A DNA stretch of 64,000 nucleotides. It comes from Octopus sinensis (lineage: Eukaryota). The position numbers were made by a program, and so were the translations under genes. This document shows, piece after piece, positions 11,750 to 25,684 of the stretch. The notes under the pieces were generated by a model that was given only the letters and a program-made list of their open reading frames with translations, was not told the DNA's origin and searched no databases. The stretch's first letter is position 1, and every line of letters begins with the position of its first letter. The stretch lies in NCBI RefSeq assembly GCF_006345805.1, contig NC_043005.1, positions 85,622,001 through 85,686,000 of the forward strand. The letters run 5' to 3'.

Positions 11750-12162
11750 AGGAAAAAAGGGGAAGTGGACAGGCTAGAAATAAAAGCAAGGGGCGAGAGA
11801 GAAGAGGAATGAATGCAAGAGAGTCACACACACACACAAACACACACTTACACAAACGAGATTTGGTCGGCCTGAGGCTGAAGTAGAAGACTCTTGCCCA
11901 ACGTAGCATGCAAAGAGAGTGAAGCCAGAGCCACGTGATTTCAAAGCAAACTGCTCACTACACAAGCACGCTGCGCCTATGATACGCATAACTTGTTTTC
12001 TCTGACACTTGGGTATCATGGGACTTATGAAAATAAGGTTTTGTATTTGGTTAGGGCAGGCAAAGGATTACACAGATCTCAACAAGAAATATATATATAA
12101 AATATAATATATATATATATATATGCGCTTATGCGTACGCTCATGAAACACAAATACCTTTC

Positions 12163-12255
<93 letters not shown>

Positions 12256-12516
12256 ATATATATGGGAAAATATAAATATGAACATAACGAACCTATAGTC
12301 ATACGAGAAGGATATATGTACCAATATTCACATACGTGTATGCAATTACTAAACAGTTATGTATATATGTGTGTATATATGCACACACACGTATTGATAT
12401 ATACACAAGCTCAATCGCACAAACACAGGTACAAAGCGAATATATATGTGTACATATATGCATATAAATCTTCATATATATATACATATATATATATACA
12501 TATACACACACACACG

Positions 12517-12551
<35 letters not shown>

Positions 12552-12841
12552 GTATGTATATATGTATATATGTACACATATGATATATATATATACATAC
12601 CAATATATATATATTTATGTATATACACATATGCGCATACACACACACATACGCATATCACATGTAGATGTATATATGTAGAAACGCATAATACTGAATT
12701 AATTTCACTCTAATGGTAGAGGACGATCTCCAACTAATGTATTGTCTATATTGCAATTGAAGTTATGCGTTCAATGATGAAGGCACCGCTGTTACGATCG
12801 TCGTTGCCGCCGTCACCATTCTTCGTGCCATTGATGTGTAA

Positions 12842-12881
<40 letters not shown>

Positions 12882-13099
12882 ATTATTACTATCATTGTTG
12901 TTGTTGTTATTATTGTTTGTTGTTGTTGTTGTTATTCTTCTTTTTATTATTATTTACATTTTTATTGTTGTTATTGTTATTTTTCTTGTTCTTGCTATTA
13001 TTTTTGTTGTTGTTAATATTATTCTTATCATCGTCATCGTTATTATTAGCTTTCCGATTTTACCTTTCAGTGAAGAAAATTAGAATATTAATAATATCA

Positions 13100-13130
<31 letters not shown>

Positions 13131-13374
13131 CAGTAGCAGCAATGACATGATTAATGACGACAACAACAACAACAACATTAATAACAGCAATATAATAATT
13201 CAATGTAAAATAACATCAATAGTAATATGTAGACAATATGTTGCTTCAAGACCATTGTTTGACATTAAATTGAAATTAATAGAATGTTATTATGCATGTA
13301 TGTGTGTATATGCATATATGTATATATATATATATATATATAATATATATATATATTATATATATATATATATA

Positions 13375-13412
<38 letters not shown>

Positions 13413-13438
13413 TGCATATACACACATACATGCATAAT

Positions 13439-13476
<38 letters not shown>

Positions 13477-13506
13477 TATATATATATATATATTATATAT
13501 ATATAT

Positions 13507-13620
<114 letters not shown>

Positions 13621-13877
13621 TGTATGTATGAATGTATTTGTGTGTGAGTGTGCGTGGGTATTTCAGCAAATCATCACCACTACGAAACAGCTGTCGTATT
13701 GTTTTTGTTGTTGTTGTTCTTGTTAAAATAAATGTCTTTTATTTTTTTAATCATCATCATCATCATCATCATCATCGCATTCTTCATCATCGTCGTCGTC
13801 GTCATTATCATTATCAACAACGTTCTCATAATTAACACTCCCATCTCATCAATAGCTTTATTATTATTATTATTATT

Positions 13878-14025
13878 GAGTGAGAGAGCAGTTGCATACC
13901 ATCACAGTGACACTATGGGCACAAATACACGTAACCCAATATACCCATTCTTCACTACCCGCAACAAAATAAACAGCGCATGACCTTGGAAGTAGAGTCC
14001 AGTTAGAATTTTCTTCTGGTCGAGT
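13878..14025 (-). mobile_element. truncated copy of the ~555-bp (AAT)n-associated element
   Basis: Begins GAGTGAGAGAGCAG after (TAT)n; similar to the copy at 16570. Confidence 0.75.
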
Positions 14026-14219
14026 AGTCTCGAGGAGAGGGTGAGTCAGTTACATTGACCTCCAGTGTATAACTGGTACTTATTTTATCGAACACCGAAA
14101 GTTTGAAAAGCAAAGTCGACCTCGGCGGAATTTCGGCTCAGAACATAAAGTCCGAACGAAATGCCGCTAAGCATTTCGCTCGACACGCTAACGATTCTGC
14201 CACCACACCGCCTTATAAA

Positions 14220-14255
<36 letters not shown>

Positions 14256-14811
14256 TTCCTTAGTGGCTGACGATATGTGCATCTCTTTTCAGAAGCTGTG
14301 ATACTCACCCACTACCCCCAGCTTCTGAAAAGAGATGCATATGTCATCAGCCACTAAGGAACATCATCATCATCATCATCATTTTATAAGGCGGTGTGGT
14401 GGCAGAATCGTTAGCGTGTCGGGCGAAATGCTTAGCGGTATTTCGTTCGGCCTTTATGTTCTGAGGCTAAATTCAGCCGAGGTCGACTTTGCTTTTCAAA
14501 CTTTCGGAGTTCGATAAAATAAGTACCAGTTATACACTGGAGGTCAATGTAACTTATTTCTTTACTACCCACAAGGGGCTAAACACAGACAGGACAAACA
14601 AACGGATTAAGTCGATTATATCGACCCCAGTGCGTAACTGGTACTTAAGTTATCGACCCCGAAAGGATGAAAGGCAAAGTCGACCTCGGCGGAATTTGAA
14701 CTCAGAACGTAGCGGCAGGCGGAATACCGCTAAGCATTTCGCCCGGCATGCTAACGTTTCTGCCAGCTCGCCTGGAGGTCAATGTAACCGACTCACCCCC
14801 TCCTCAAGACT
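14026..14811. repeat. long inverted duplication (arms 14026-14298 and 14319-14811; right arm interrupted by a SINE)
   Basis: Arms are reverse complements with only scattered mismatches around a 20-nt loop (14299-14318). The track ORFs 14085..14282(-) and 14335..14517(+) are near-identical. Confidence 0.95.
14554..14771 (-). mobile_element. young SINE A monomer with 17-bp TSD
   Basis: CTGGAGGTCAATGTAAC at 14537-14553 and 14772-14788 flanks a full-length reverse-strand copy. Confidence 0.92.
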
Positions 14812-15060
14812 TACTAATCTCGTGCCAAAACGTGATCCATTATCATTATTGCTGTTGTAGTTCTCACTACGATCATCTGGAATAGTATTAGTAGTTATAG
14901 TATCTGAAGTAGTAGAAGTAGCAGCAGCAGTATTACTATTAGTAGTAGTTGTAGTAGTATTAGTTACGAAAACACTTCATATATGTATCCCATCATCATG
15001 ATCCTGATCATCATCGTCATCATCGGTAGTAGTAGTAGCAGTAGTAGTAGTAGTAGCAGC

Positions 15061-15117
<57 letters not shown>

Positions 15118-15150
15118 GGTGGTGGTGGTAGCAGCAGCCGTAATTAGAGT

Positions 15151-15185
<35 letters not shown>

Positions 15186-15245
15186 TAGTAATAGTAGTAG
15201 TAGTTGTTACGAAGATGTTTTATTGTTAATGTCGCCACTGCTTTC

Positions 15246-15310
<65 letters not shown>

Positions 15311-15866
15311 GTGAGAGAGCAGTGCATATCATCAAAGTGACACTGGGGTAAAATATACGAAGCCCATCATACCCATTATGACTACCCGTCTGATAAGGGT
15401 ACACTAGGCACATGCATCACAACCATATGTGTGCGACATAGTGATCTCATATCAAAATAAACAACGCATGACCTTGCATGTGGGGCCCAGTTAGAATTTT
15501 CTTCTGGTCGAGTAGCCCATCCAGCTCAAAAGGTCCCTGAATAAAGGTGGTTTAAGGATGTTCAACGAAACACCCATTTTTCCAGAGGTGAATTATTCAA
15601 ACCCCCCAAAATCCCTCTCAGCACATGGCTATCATGGTCCCCCATAACTTCTGCCCGTGATCAGAGATGCACATATCGTCAGCCACTAAGGGACATGCTC
15701 AACTGGTTAAGGTCAAACAACTGACAAGCAAATCTGTGGTATTGAGCAGAATATTTGCTGTAGCCTATCTTTTATACCAAGACAAAACTATGTACATGAT
15801 AACACTTCCAATCAGTTAAGATCAGAAGCCATGAGAGCCACTGCCTGGTACTGCATCAGGGCATTT
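15311..15866 (-). mobile_element. full-length ~555-bp (AAT)n-associated non-coding element
   Basis: Same two ends as the copies at 16570-17127 and 27381-27938; flanked by trinucleotide repeats. Confidence 0.85.
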
Positions 15867-15874
15867 ATCATCAT

Positions 15875-15915
<41 letters not shown>

Positions 15916-16049
15916 GCAGCATCATCAGCATCACCACCACCACAACAACCACCACCACCACCACCACCATCATCATCATCGTCGTCGTCGACGTCATCAT
16001 TATTATTGTTATTATTATTATTATTACTATTATTATTATTATTATTATT

Positions 16050-16221
16050 GAGTGAGAGAGCAGTGCATGCCATCAAAGTGACACTGGGGTAAAATATACG
16101 AAGCCCAATATACCCATCATGACTACCCGTCTGATAAAGGTACACCAGGCACATGCATCACAACCATATGTGCGCGACATGGTGATCTCATATCAAGATA
16201 AACAGCACATGACCTTGCAGG
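16050..16221 (-). mobile_element. truncated copy of the ~555-bp element
   Basis: Nearly identical to 16570-16741; (TAT)n on both sides. Confidence 0.85.
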
Positions 16222-16231
16222 ATTATTATTA

Positions 16232-16280
<49 letters not shown>

Positions 16281-16281
16281 C

Positions 16282-16410
16282 ATTCTGTTTGACTTTTGCT
16301 TTACATTTGCACAAGCTGGCTCCAAGATTCACCCAGAGACCTCAAGAGACAAGCTGGAAGTTCATGTCGGTGTTATGTCTAGGGTGCTATATTTGGTTTT
16401 GTACTTAGTG
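16282..16410 (-). mobile_element. probable 3' UTR of another (AAT)n-tailed non-LTR element
   Basis: The minus strand reads ..GAGGTCTCTGGGTGAATCTTGGAGCCAGCTTGTGCAAATGTAAAGCAAAAGTCAAACAGAATG and then (ATA)n; family assignment is inferred. Confidence 0.45.
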
Positions 16411-16569
16411 TAGTACTATTATTATTATTATTATTGTTATTATTATTATTATCATTATCATTATTATTATTATTAATATCATTATTATTATCATTATTAT
16501 TATTATTATTATCATTATTATTATTATTATTGTTATTATTATTATAATATTATTATTATTATTATTATT

Positions 16570-17123
16570 GAGTGAAAGAGCAGTGCATGCCATCAAAGTG
16601 ACACTGGGGTAAAATATACGAAGCCCAATATACCCATCATGACTACCCGTCTGATAAGGGTACACCAGGCACATGCATCACAACCATATGTGCGCGACAT
16701 GGTGATCTCATATCAAGATAAACAGCACATGACCTTGCAGGTGGGGCCCAGTTAGAATTTTCTTCAGGTTGAGTAGCCCATCCCGCTCAAAAGGTCCCTG
16801 AATAAGGGTTGTTTAAGGATGTTGAAAGAACCACCCATGTTTCCAGAGGTGAACTATTCAAACCCCAAAGAATCCCTCTCAACACATGGCTATGATGCTC
16901 CCCCACTACTTCTGCTCGTGATCAGAGATGCACATATCGTCAGCCACTAAGGGACATGCTCAACTGGTTAAGGTCAAACAACTGACAAGCAAATCTGTGG
17001 TATTGAGCAGAATATTTGCTGTAGCCCATCTTTTATACCAAGACAAAACAATGTACATGATAACACTTCCAATCAGTTAAGATCAGAAGCTATGAGAACC
17101 ACTGCCTGGTACTGCATCAGGGC

Positions 17124-17127
<4 letters not shown>
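16570..17127 (-). mobile_element. full-length ~555-bp (AAT)n-associated non-coding element
   Basis: Same ends as 15311-15866; (TAT)n on both sides. Confidence 0.85.
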
Positions 17128-17169
<42 letters not shown>

Positions 17170-17173
17170 GTTA

Positions 17174-17204
<31 letters not shown>

Positions 17205-17206
17205 AA

Positions 17207-17273
<67 letters not shown>

Positions 17274-17278
17274 CATTA

Positions 17279-17311
<33 letters not shown>

Positions 17312-17429
17312 CATCATATTATTATTATTATCATCATCATTATTATTATTACTATTATTATTATTATTATTATCATAATCATTATTATTATTATCATCAT
17401 CATCATCATTATTATCATTATCATCATTA

Positions 17430-17494
<65 letters not shown>

Positions 17495-17980
17495 GTTGTT
17501 GTTGTTGTTGTTGTTGTTATTATTTTTATTACTTTAATTTATTATTATTATTATTCTTTTGATAATGCCAACCTCGGCACCGTTGTGAACTACCTTACTG
17601 TTTTTACGTGGACATTACTGTTTATGCTCCATGGCGTCGCTGTCGCCCTTGTCACTGCTGTCGTCGTCATCGTCATCGTCGTCATTGCATCGAAAATGTT
17701 GTTGTTTCTCGTTTTTGCTTCATAAACACGCAGTGATTTTCTTTTTGTTATCATCGTTGCTTCCATTGTCCTTGATGTATTTGTTGATGTTGCTGTTGTT
17801 GTTGTTGTTACTTTTGATCTTGTAGCAGTTGCGCTTATAGCTATTCCTATCATTATCATCGTCGTCGTCGACGTCGTTGTACTTGTTGATGGTGTTATAG
17901 TTATCAATATGGTAGTAACATTCATCTTTGTTATGGTATATGCTCGTATATGTGTGTGTATATATGTTTGTGTATGTATG

Positions 17981-18017
<37 letters not shown>

Positions 18018-18059
18018 ATGCATCTCTCTCTCTCTACATATATATATACACATACATGC

Positions 18060-18097
<38 letters not shown>

Positions 18098-18110
18098 GTA
18101 TATATATGTG

Positions 18111-18142
<32 letters not shown>

Positions 18143-18189
18143 ATATATACATATTTATATATATATACATATATATATGTATATATATG

Positions 18190-18221
<32 letters not shown>

Positions 18222-18232
18222 CATATATATGC

Positions 18233-18265
<33 letters not shown>

Positions 18266-19005
18266 CAAATACGCACTCATACATATTTGTATCTGTATCG
18301 TAATCTATTTATCTATTTATCTATATTTTTCTATAGATGTGTTTGCGTTTTTGTGTGTGTGTGTGTGTGTTGGTTTTGTCTTTTCTCCATGATTGCTATT
18401 TATCCATACCAATGTTGTTGTTGATATTGTTGCTGTCGCGAAAAATGGAAATAGAAATATTGTTGATTATAAGTATATAATCATTTAAAAGTCCATGCGG
18501 AGCAAAAATGAAACACTACGATAGAATAAAAAAAAAAAAGAAATAAAGTAAAAATGAAACAAGTACAAAATCCAAAATAGAATATCAGAAGAAAAACGGG
18601 TTCAAGAAATGAATACAAAACATGAATATCTAAATTGTAATAATAAAATACATTTTCTCAAAAAATAGGGGCAATCATTATTTTCGTTTTAGCATTGAAA
18701 ACATCCGGTGACAATGTTGTCTTGTTTATATATTGTGAAGGCACGTGGCTAAGTGGTTAGGAGTATTGAACTCCCGATCACTGGAACGTGGTTTCAATCC
18801 CGGACCGGGTGATGCGTTGGGTTCTTGAGCAAAACACTTCATTTCTCATTGCCACAGTCCATTCAGCTCTAAAAGGGTAGCCATGTGACAGGTTGACCTT
18901 CTGATGAGGGGCTCACGCTGGCATTCTCCCTTAACCAGCAGGATGGCGTTATATACATATGTGTGTGTATCTATCTGTCTGTCTGTGTGTGTGTGTATGC
19001 ATACG

Positions 19006-19049
<44 letters not shown>

Positions 19050-19281
19050 TATATATATATATATATAGTTACACACACAGATGGTACATTTATGCAACAC
19101 ACACGTGTGTGTTAGCTGAATGCTTACGAAAGCTAACATCAAAGGAAAACGTCGGCTTGCGATTTCACTTCACATTTTTCAATATATAATGCATGTTTAT
19201 ATATGTGTGCATGCATGCATGCGCTCGACTGTGTGAGTGTGTGCTTGTGTTGTGAATGTACCTTCAAACGTATTCATATAT

Positions 19282-19343
<62 letters not shown>

Positions 19344-19414
19344 ATATACATATATATATATATATGCATGTATATATATATATATGTATATATATGCATA
19401 CATGTATGTATGTA

Positions 19415-19447
<33 letters not shown>

Positions 19448-19815
19448 ATATATTCATAGATGCATTCCATCAATGTTTGTTTAGCCATTTGTGAATAAAC
19501 ACTACAGTGCCTCCCAATATCAAGCGAACCGTTACTTTATAAAACTATGCATCTGTCCGCGATAGATTTTTCGTATATGTTATTGAAGAATGTAATGTTG
19601 TGTGGTGCTTAAAGCAGGTAAAATGTTTTGCGCCGTGATTTGGTTTAGGAAACAATATCTAAATTGCTTCTCAAAACCTTTGCCGTATGGCTTACTATTT
19701 AACGTCCTAATATTGTCGTTTCGCGTTCGATTACACTAACATCCATGTGAATCTATGTATTGTGTCTGTGCTGACTACTATGTTCTGAGAGGAATTTGGT
19801 GAAAGGATGCACCAA

Positions 19816-19846
<31 letters not shown>

Positions 19847-20491
19847 ATAGATAAATAAATAAATAAAAGCATCAGCTGTCCCTCCCGAGCCATAGCTGCA
19901 TAAGGCCGGTATCGCTGATTCTGTGATGTATATACTCTTCATACCGCAACGGGACGGCGCTTCGTTATAAGATTCCTAATATTAGCCAACTCAGCGGGCT
20001 GGAGCAGCATAAAATATTGTGTATGGCTCAAGAACATAATATATCGCAAGGTTCAAAGAATCGAAACCACAATCGTACGAACAGGAGAGCAACACCTTGA
20101 CCACTAGGCCACGTGCCTCGACTGAAAGGTGTCTAAATGCATTTAAGTACGTATGTACGTATGTATGTATGTATGTATGTATGTATGTATGTATGCATGC
20201 ATGCATGTATGTATGTATGTATGTATGTATGTATGCATGCATGCATGCATGTATGTATGTATGTATGTATATATTATTTCATATATGAGACTTCGCTAAT
20301 AAAGAGATAAATGTTGAAATAATAACCAAAAAAAAAAAAGAAAAAGAAAACGGTGATTTTTAACCCACAGCATTCAATTATTAAACATTCATAATTGGAA
20401 TGAATAAATAAAATTTAATATTAGGTATTTATGGAAGTTTGATCTACTGTCGGTTGACTTTTGGCCAAACCAGTATGTACAAATATATGTG

Positions 20492-20550
<59 letters not shown>

Positions 20551-21428
20551 GTGTGTGTGTGTGTGTGTGGTGTGTGTGTGTGTCTGTGTGTCTGTGTGTG
20601 TCTGTGTCTGTGTATATATACATGTGTGTGTGTGTGCGTGTATGAAATTAAAGAATGAGAAATAAATAGGAATTTCGTATACTGAGTTCCAACAGCAGGT
20701 TATTAATATCGCTACGTCTAAACCAAATCTTAATGCACACGCATAATCGTGAGTGTGTGTGTGTGTGTTTGCTCTCTCTCACACACACATAGACGTACAT
20801 ACATGCATGCATACATACATACATACATACATACATACATACATACATACATACATACATACATACATACATGGACGACGCACGCGCACATACACGCACA
20901 CACACAGAAATTTCAGGTTATTTCGGATACGTTTAGGTTAGTTAGAATTTGGTAATCATGTTTTCCTAGTTCCACGTTTTCTATTTCGGAAGAAGAAAAA
21001 AGAATACAAAAATTGTTTCTTTTTAAATTACGATTTGTAACAAGATTTAAAGTTTGCAGAATTTTTTCTTTATTCACCCTCTTAAATTGTAATAAGTTAA
21101 TCCATTAAAATAAACACAAGAAAACAAATCATTTGTCTTTTTTTGCTAAAATTTTACGATTTTCATTAACAAATTTGTTTAATTTTTCTAATTAAGTAAG
21201 ATTAAAAAACAATGAAATTAAAATAGATTAGAAGCAAGAAAATATTAAAACAAACATAAAACATCTCTTAATGAAAGAAATCACAACTTGACAAAGTATT
21301 TCGAATATAAATTAGGATTGAGGCAAAGAAAAAAAAAACTTAATAAATATCTTTAAAAATACTCAAATAATTTGGTTTTATTAACAAATTAATGCATTTC
21401 AGATACCAAAATACCAACTACTACTAAA

Positions 21429-21469
<41 letters not shown>

Positions 21470-21732
21470 AACTTGTGCTGCAGCTTTCCAATATAGGTGC
21501 AAGTCTCGAAACTTGGTGGGAAGGGTTAGACGATGACATCGACCGCAGTGCTCAACTGTCGCTTGTTTTTTCGGCTTCGAATGGATGAAAGGAAAAATCG
21601 ATCTCGTCCTTATTTCAAGACATAAAATTGGAGGCGGGGGAATGCCGCTATTTTGCCTGGCATGCGAACGATTCTAACAGCTTACCGCCGAATGACTGAT
21701 GATAAATTAATAATAATAAAATAATAATAATG

Positions 21733-21790
<58 letters not shown>

Positions 21791-21842
21791 TAATAACAAT
21801 AATAATAAAATAATAATAATAATGATAATAATAATAATATTA

Positions 21843-22456
21843 ATTTGTATTACAAGCGAATGTACGCCACTAGCCCAGAAGGAATATAAGAGATGCTATG
21901 ACAATATAGCCAGGCTTGTCCATTGGACACTTTGCCACAAGTATGGACTCGACGGAGCAAAAAATTGGTACGACAAAAACCTGAAGGCATTGTCGAAAAT
22001 AGAACTGCAAAGATCCAATAGAATTATATGATTCAGTGCGACCATGAGATTGAGAATAGGAAACCAGACATAGTCATAATTGAGAAAGAGAGCAAACTAT
22101 GCTGGATCATAGATATAGCACGCCCAGCTGACAACAAGGTATGTGATAAGGAAGAAAGAAAAGTCTAGAGATATGACAGGTTAGCTTGGGAAGTTAAGCA
22201 GTTATGGTCGATGGAAAAGGTGGCAGTAGTACCAATAATTGTCGGAGCCTTGGGAACAGTGAGCAAAAACCTTGAGATGTACGTTGAACAAATAGGGGCT
22301 GCAATAAGGGTGGAGCACTTGCAGAAAACAGCACTGCTTGGAACCATTCGAATACTCCGAAAGGTGCTCGAAAAATGAAGAGGTGCTACCTTAGTTTACT
22401 GGTAGTGAACAGCTGACACTGCAGTACATCTCCAGCGTTAGAAGCTGTGCAAAGGC
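21843..22456 (+). mobile_element. 5'-truncated R4/Dong-clade non-LTR retrotransposon (zinc-knuckle region, RLE, 3' UTR) in (TAA)n
   Basis: CTPLAQKEYKRCYDNIARLVHW.., RKPDIVIIEKESKLCWIIDIA..DNKV, LWSMEKVAVVPIIVGALGTV..LQKTALLGTIRILRKVLEK* (stop at 22376-78); (TAA)n at 21706-21842 and 22457-22520. Confidence 0.9.
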
Positions 22457-22520
<64 letters not shown>

Positions 22521-22559
22521 GTATTGATAATAACTGAAAGCAGAGTAAAATGGAAAATC

Positions 22560-23340
22560 AAAGGAAGAAGTACAAAAAGGACATGAAGAAGAATTACGCA
22601 ACCAGGTGTACAAACTGAGAAATTGCAGGAAATGAGCGTCAATTTATGCATTGCATAGGTCGATTATAGAAAAGCCTAGGCACGCATAGTCTTTATTTTA
22701 ACTATAAGGAAACAAAATTATGTTATTTGGAAGAAAGAACGTAAATGTTAGCATTTAACGGAAGTGTGAGGGCTCGAACTGGTTGAATTGCACAATTACC
22801 TTGGAGCCCAAATCTCTGATAAAGACTCATGTATAAAAAGATGAGGATACAACAAGCCATGGCAAGAACGTCCATGGAAAAACTTAACACCTAGAGCAGA
22901 AAACGTGTCCAACCAAAGCTATTGTGAGAACTCATCTGGCTAATAGGAATTTATGTTTGCCAAGCATGGACTGTGAACAAGTTTAATAAATGCGTTTGAA
23001 ATGTCGGTGTATAGAAGAATGTTGCGAATCTTTTACAACGACCATCATCGGACAAATAAAAGGGTTTTACAACATTGTGTAAAAGCAAGAGCTCAACTAT
23101 TACGGCAAAGAAGCAGCGATTTGGAAAACATTATCACGGAAGGGAGATCACTATCAAGTAGGGAGTTGTAGATCACGAGACTCACGAGACATGCAAAGAA
23201 TTAAAGTAAAAAGTTGGTTGGACAAAAGTGGAGAAGCAGGTGGAGGACTCGCGCTTAGTCGGGAAGATCTTTCGTTGTAGAGTCATCAATGCGCAGCAGG
23301 CGTACGGTGCAAGGCGACGACAACGACGACAAGACCTAGT
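22560..23340 (+). pseudogene. highly decayed RTE-clade reverse transcriptase remnant
   Basis: Fragments HNYLGAQIS and INAFEMSVYRRMLRIF..RTNKRVL, with many frameshifts. Confidence 0.65.
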
Positions 23341-23399
23341 TCCACACTTTTGAATCGAATGCTGCTTCGAAATCTTCAAGATCTCCGAGAAACGGTTAG

Positions 23400-23810
23400 G
23401 TACCTTTTAGAAAACGAAATGCCTCATTGTTGAATAGAAAGAACACCAGGAGGACAAAGATTAATAGAGATACGGATCAGAAGAGGAATATTTCAAGAAG
23501 ACTGCTTCTCTCCCATCGCGTTTGTAATCTTACTGATCGTTTTGTTGACTGTACAGAACTAAGGAAGAGTTCAGAATTGCGTCAGAATTGAGGAAAAGTA
23601 AATGGTTTTAATTTCTGGAAGATATAAAGCAGTAAAGACAAACGACCTCGACTCCTTAGTGCAAACTGAAAGGATATTTAATAACAACTTTGAGATTAAA
23701 CCGGGAATCGAAGATTGTGGTATAGTCTCTAACTCTTCTCTTTTCTCTGTTTCATTCATTAGACTGAGACGCCACCTGGAAGACTTTTATTCGAAAGAAC
23801 CGACCCTAGT
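23400..23810 (+). pseudogene. decayed R4-clade reverse transcriptase remnant
   Basis: IRIRRGIFQEDCFSPIAFVI (GIFQGDSLSP-like) and DLDSLVQTERIF...GIEDCG. Confidence 0.65.
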
Positions 23811-24387
23811 ACATTTTTAAAGCCTAGTACTTATTCTTTCGGACTCTTTTTTGCCGAACCACTAAGTTACAAGGACAAAAAATACGCCCAAACATGTGGT
23901 GTCATGGTGAGGGACAAACACAAACACAAAGGCACAAACGCACACACAAACACACACAAACACAAACACACACATATATACGACAGGTTTCTTTCAGTTC
24001 TTGTCTACCATATCCACTCACAAGGCTTTGGTCGATCTGAGGCTATAGAATGAGTCATTTGCCCAAGGTGCCACGCAATGGGAGTGAACCCAGAACCATT
24101 TGGAGGGGAAGCAAAATTCTTACCATACAGCCACGCTTGTACCTATAGTTGAGATGAAGCTGGTAAAGCCCATAAAAACAACGATGAGAATATAAGATCA
24201 ATAAATGCAGAAGAAACAAATTACAAAGGCCTTGGTCACCCCGGGGCGATAATAGCTGACAGTTGCCCAAAGTTTCGCCCATGGGACAGAGGCCGAAATC
24301 ACTGGGATGCAAAGTGATATCCTTAGCCACAACACCGCCATGTATATTTTTTTTTGTTGATAATGTCGCCGTATTTAATGTGGTGAG

Positions 24388-24789
24388 GGCGGTGAGCTGG
24401 AAGAAACGTTAGCATGCCAGGCGAAATGCTTTGCGGTATTTCGTCTGCCGCTACGTTCTGAGTTCAAATTCCACTGAGTTCGACTTTGCCTTTCATCCTT
24501 TCGGGGCCGATTAAATAAGTACCACTTACGCACTGGGGTCGACATAATCGACTTAATCTGTTTGTCTGTCCTTGTTTGTCCTCTCTGTGTTTAGCCGTTT
24601 GTGGGTAATAAAGAAATAGGTATTTCATCTGCCGCTACGTCCTGAGTTCAAATTCCTCTGAGGTCGACTTTGCCTTTCATCATTTTAGGGTCGCTGAAAT
24701 AAGTACCAGTTGTGTACTGGAGTCGATGTAATCGCTTAACCTCCTTTCCACCAAAATTTTGAAGTCCTTGTGCCTAGAGTAGAAATAGT
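24388..24789 (+). mobile_element. SINE A dimer with 14-bp TSD
   Basis: TATTTAATGTGGTG at 24372-24385 and 24790-24803; junction AAAGAAATA|GGTATTTC at 24618/24619. Confidence 0.85.
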
Positions 24790-25422
24790 TATTTAATGTG
24801 GTGGGCCGACATTATCGCGTTCTGAGTTCAAATTCTGCTGAGGTTGACTTTGCCTTTCGAGATCGACAAAGCAAGTACCAATTGAGCCTTGGGTTTGTGT
24901 AACTGATTTACCCCGTTTCCAAAACTGCTGGTCTTCAGCCAAAATTAGAAACCGAAACCAATAATATTCGGTTATTCGCTTCAATTAAATTGTTCGAAAG
25001 AAAGTTGTATTCTGTCAGCAACTCATTATTTTCTTGGAGTTCTCAAGTAACTGTCTTTTGCTAAGAGACCAATTTTTTTCCCTATCTACTCTCTGAGAAA
25101 AAGAAAAAGTATTTGTTTGTTTCTTTTTTGTTTGTTTCTGTGAGGAGATATGTATAGTGAAACCATTTTGGTTAGTCTGCGAGTAGAAGAACATTTTTCT
25201 TCATAAATTGTAATCTTTCTCCCCAAATGGGCGAGACTAACACAAGCAATTAAAATTCTATCTCTCAACGTAACAAGTTCCACTTTTAAAAATAATTTCC
25301 TTCGTTCATTCACTTGATAAATATCTATGATAGCGACAGAGCGAAATATAACACCTCTAAACGTCTCAAACGCTCAGCTTACTATTCCTACCATACTACT
25401 ACTACTACTACTACTACTACTA

Positions 25423-25454
<32 letters not shown>

Positions 25455-25684
25455 GATGTAATAATGGCTTCAAATATTGGCACAAGGCCAGAAATTTCGG
25501 GGGCAGAGCTATGTCGATTAAATCGACCTCGGTGCTTAACTAAAGACTAATTTTATCGACCTCGAAAGGATGAAAGACAAACTCGAACCCGGAGGTATTT
25601 GGACTCAGAACGTAAAGTGGTAAGCATTTTCTCCGGCGTGCTAACGACTCTACCAGCTCGCCATCTTAAAAAGATAACTATGCA

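Noticed and set aside
17100-17127. HDV-like ribozyme at the 5' end of the 555-bp element
   Set aside because: Only a simple hairpin is visible; the spacing is too short for the nested P1/P2/P3 pseudoknot.
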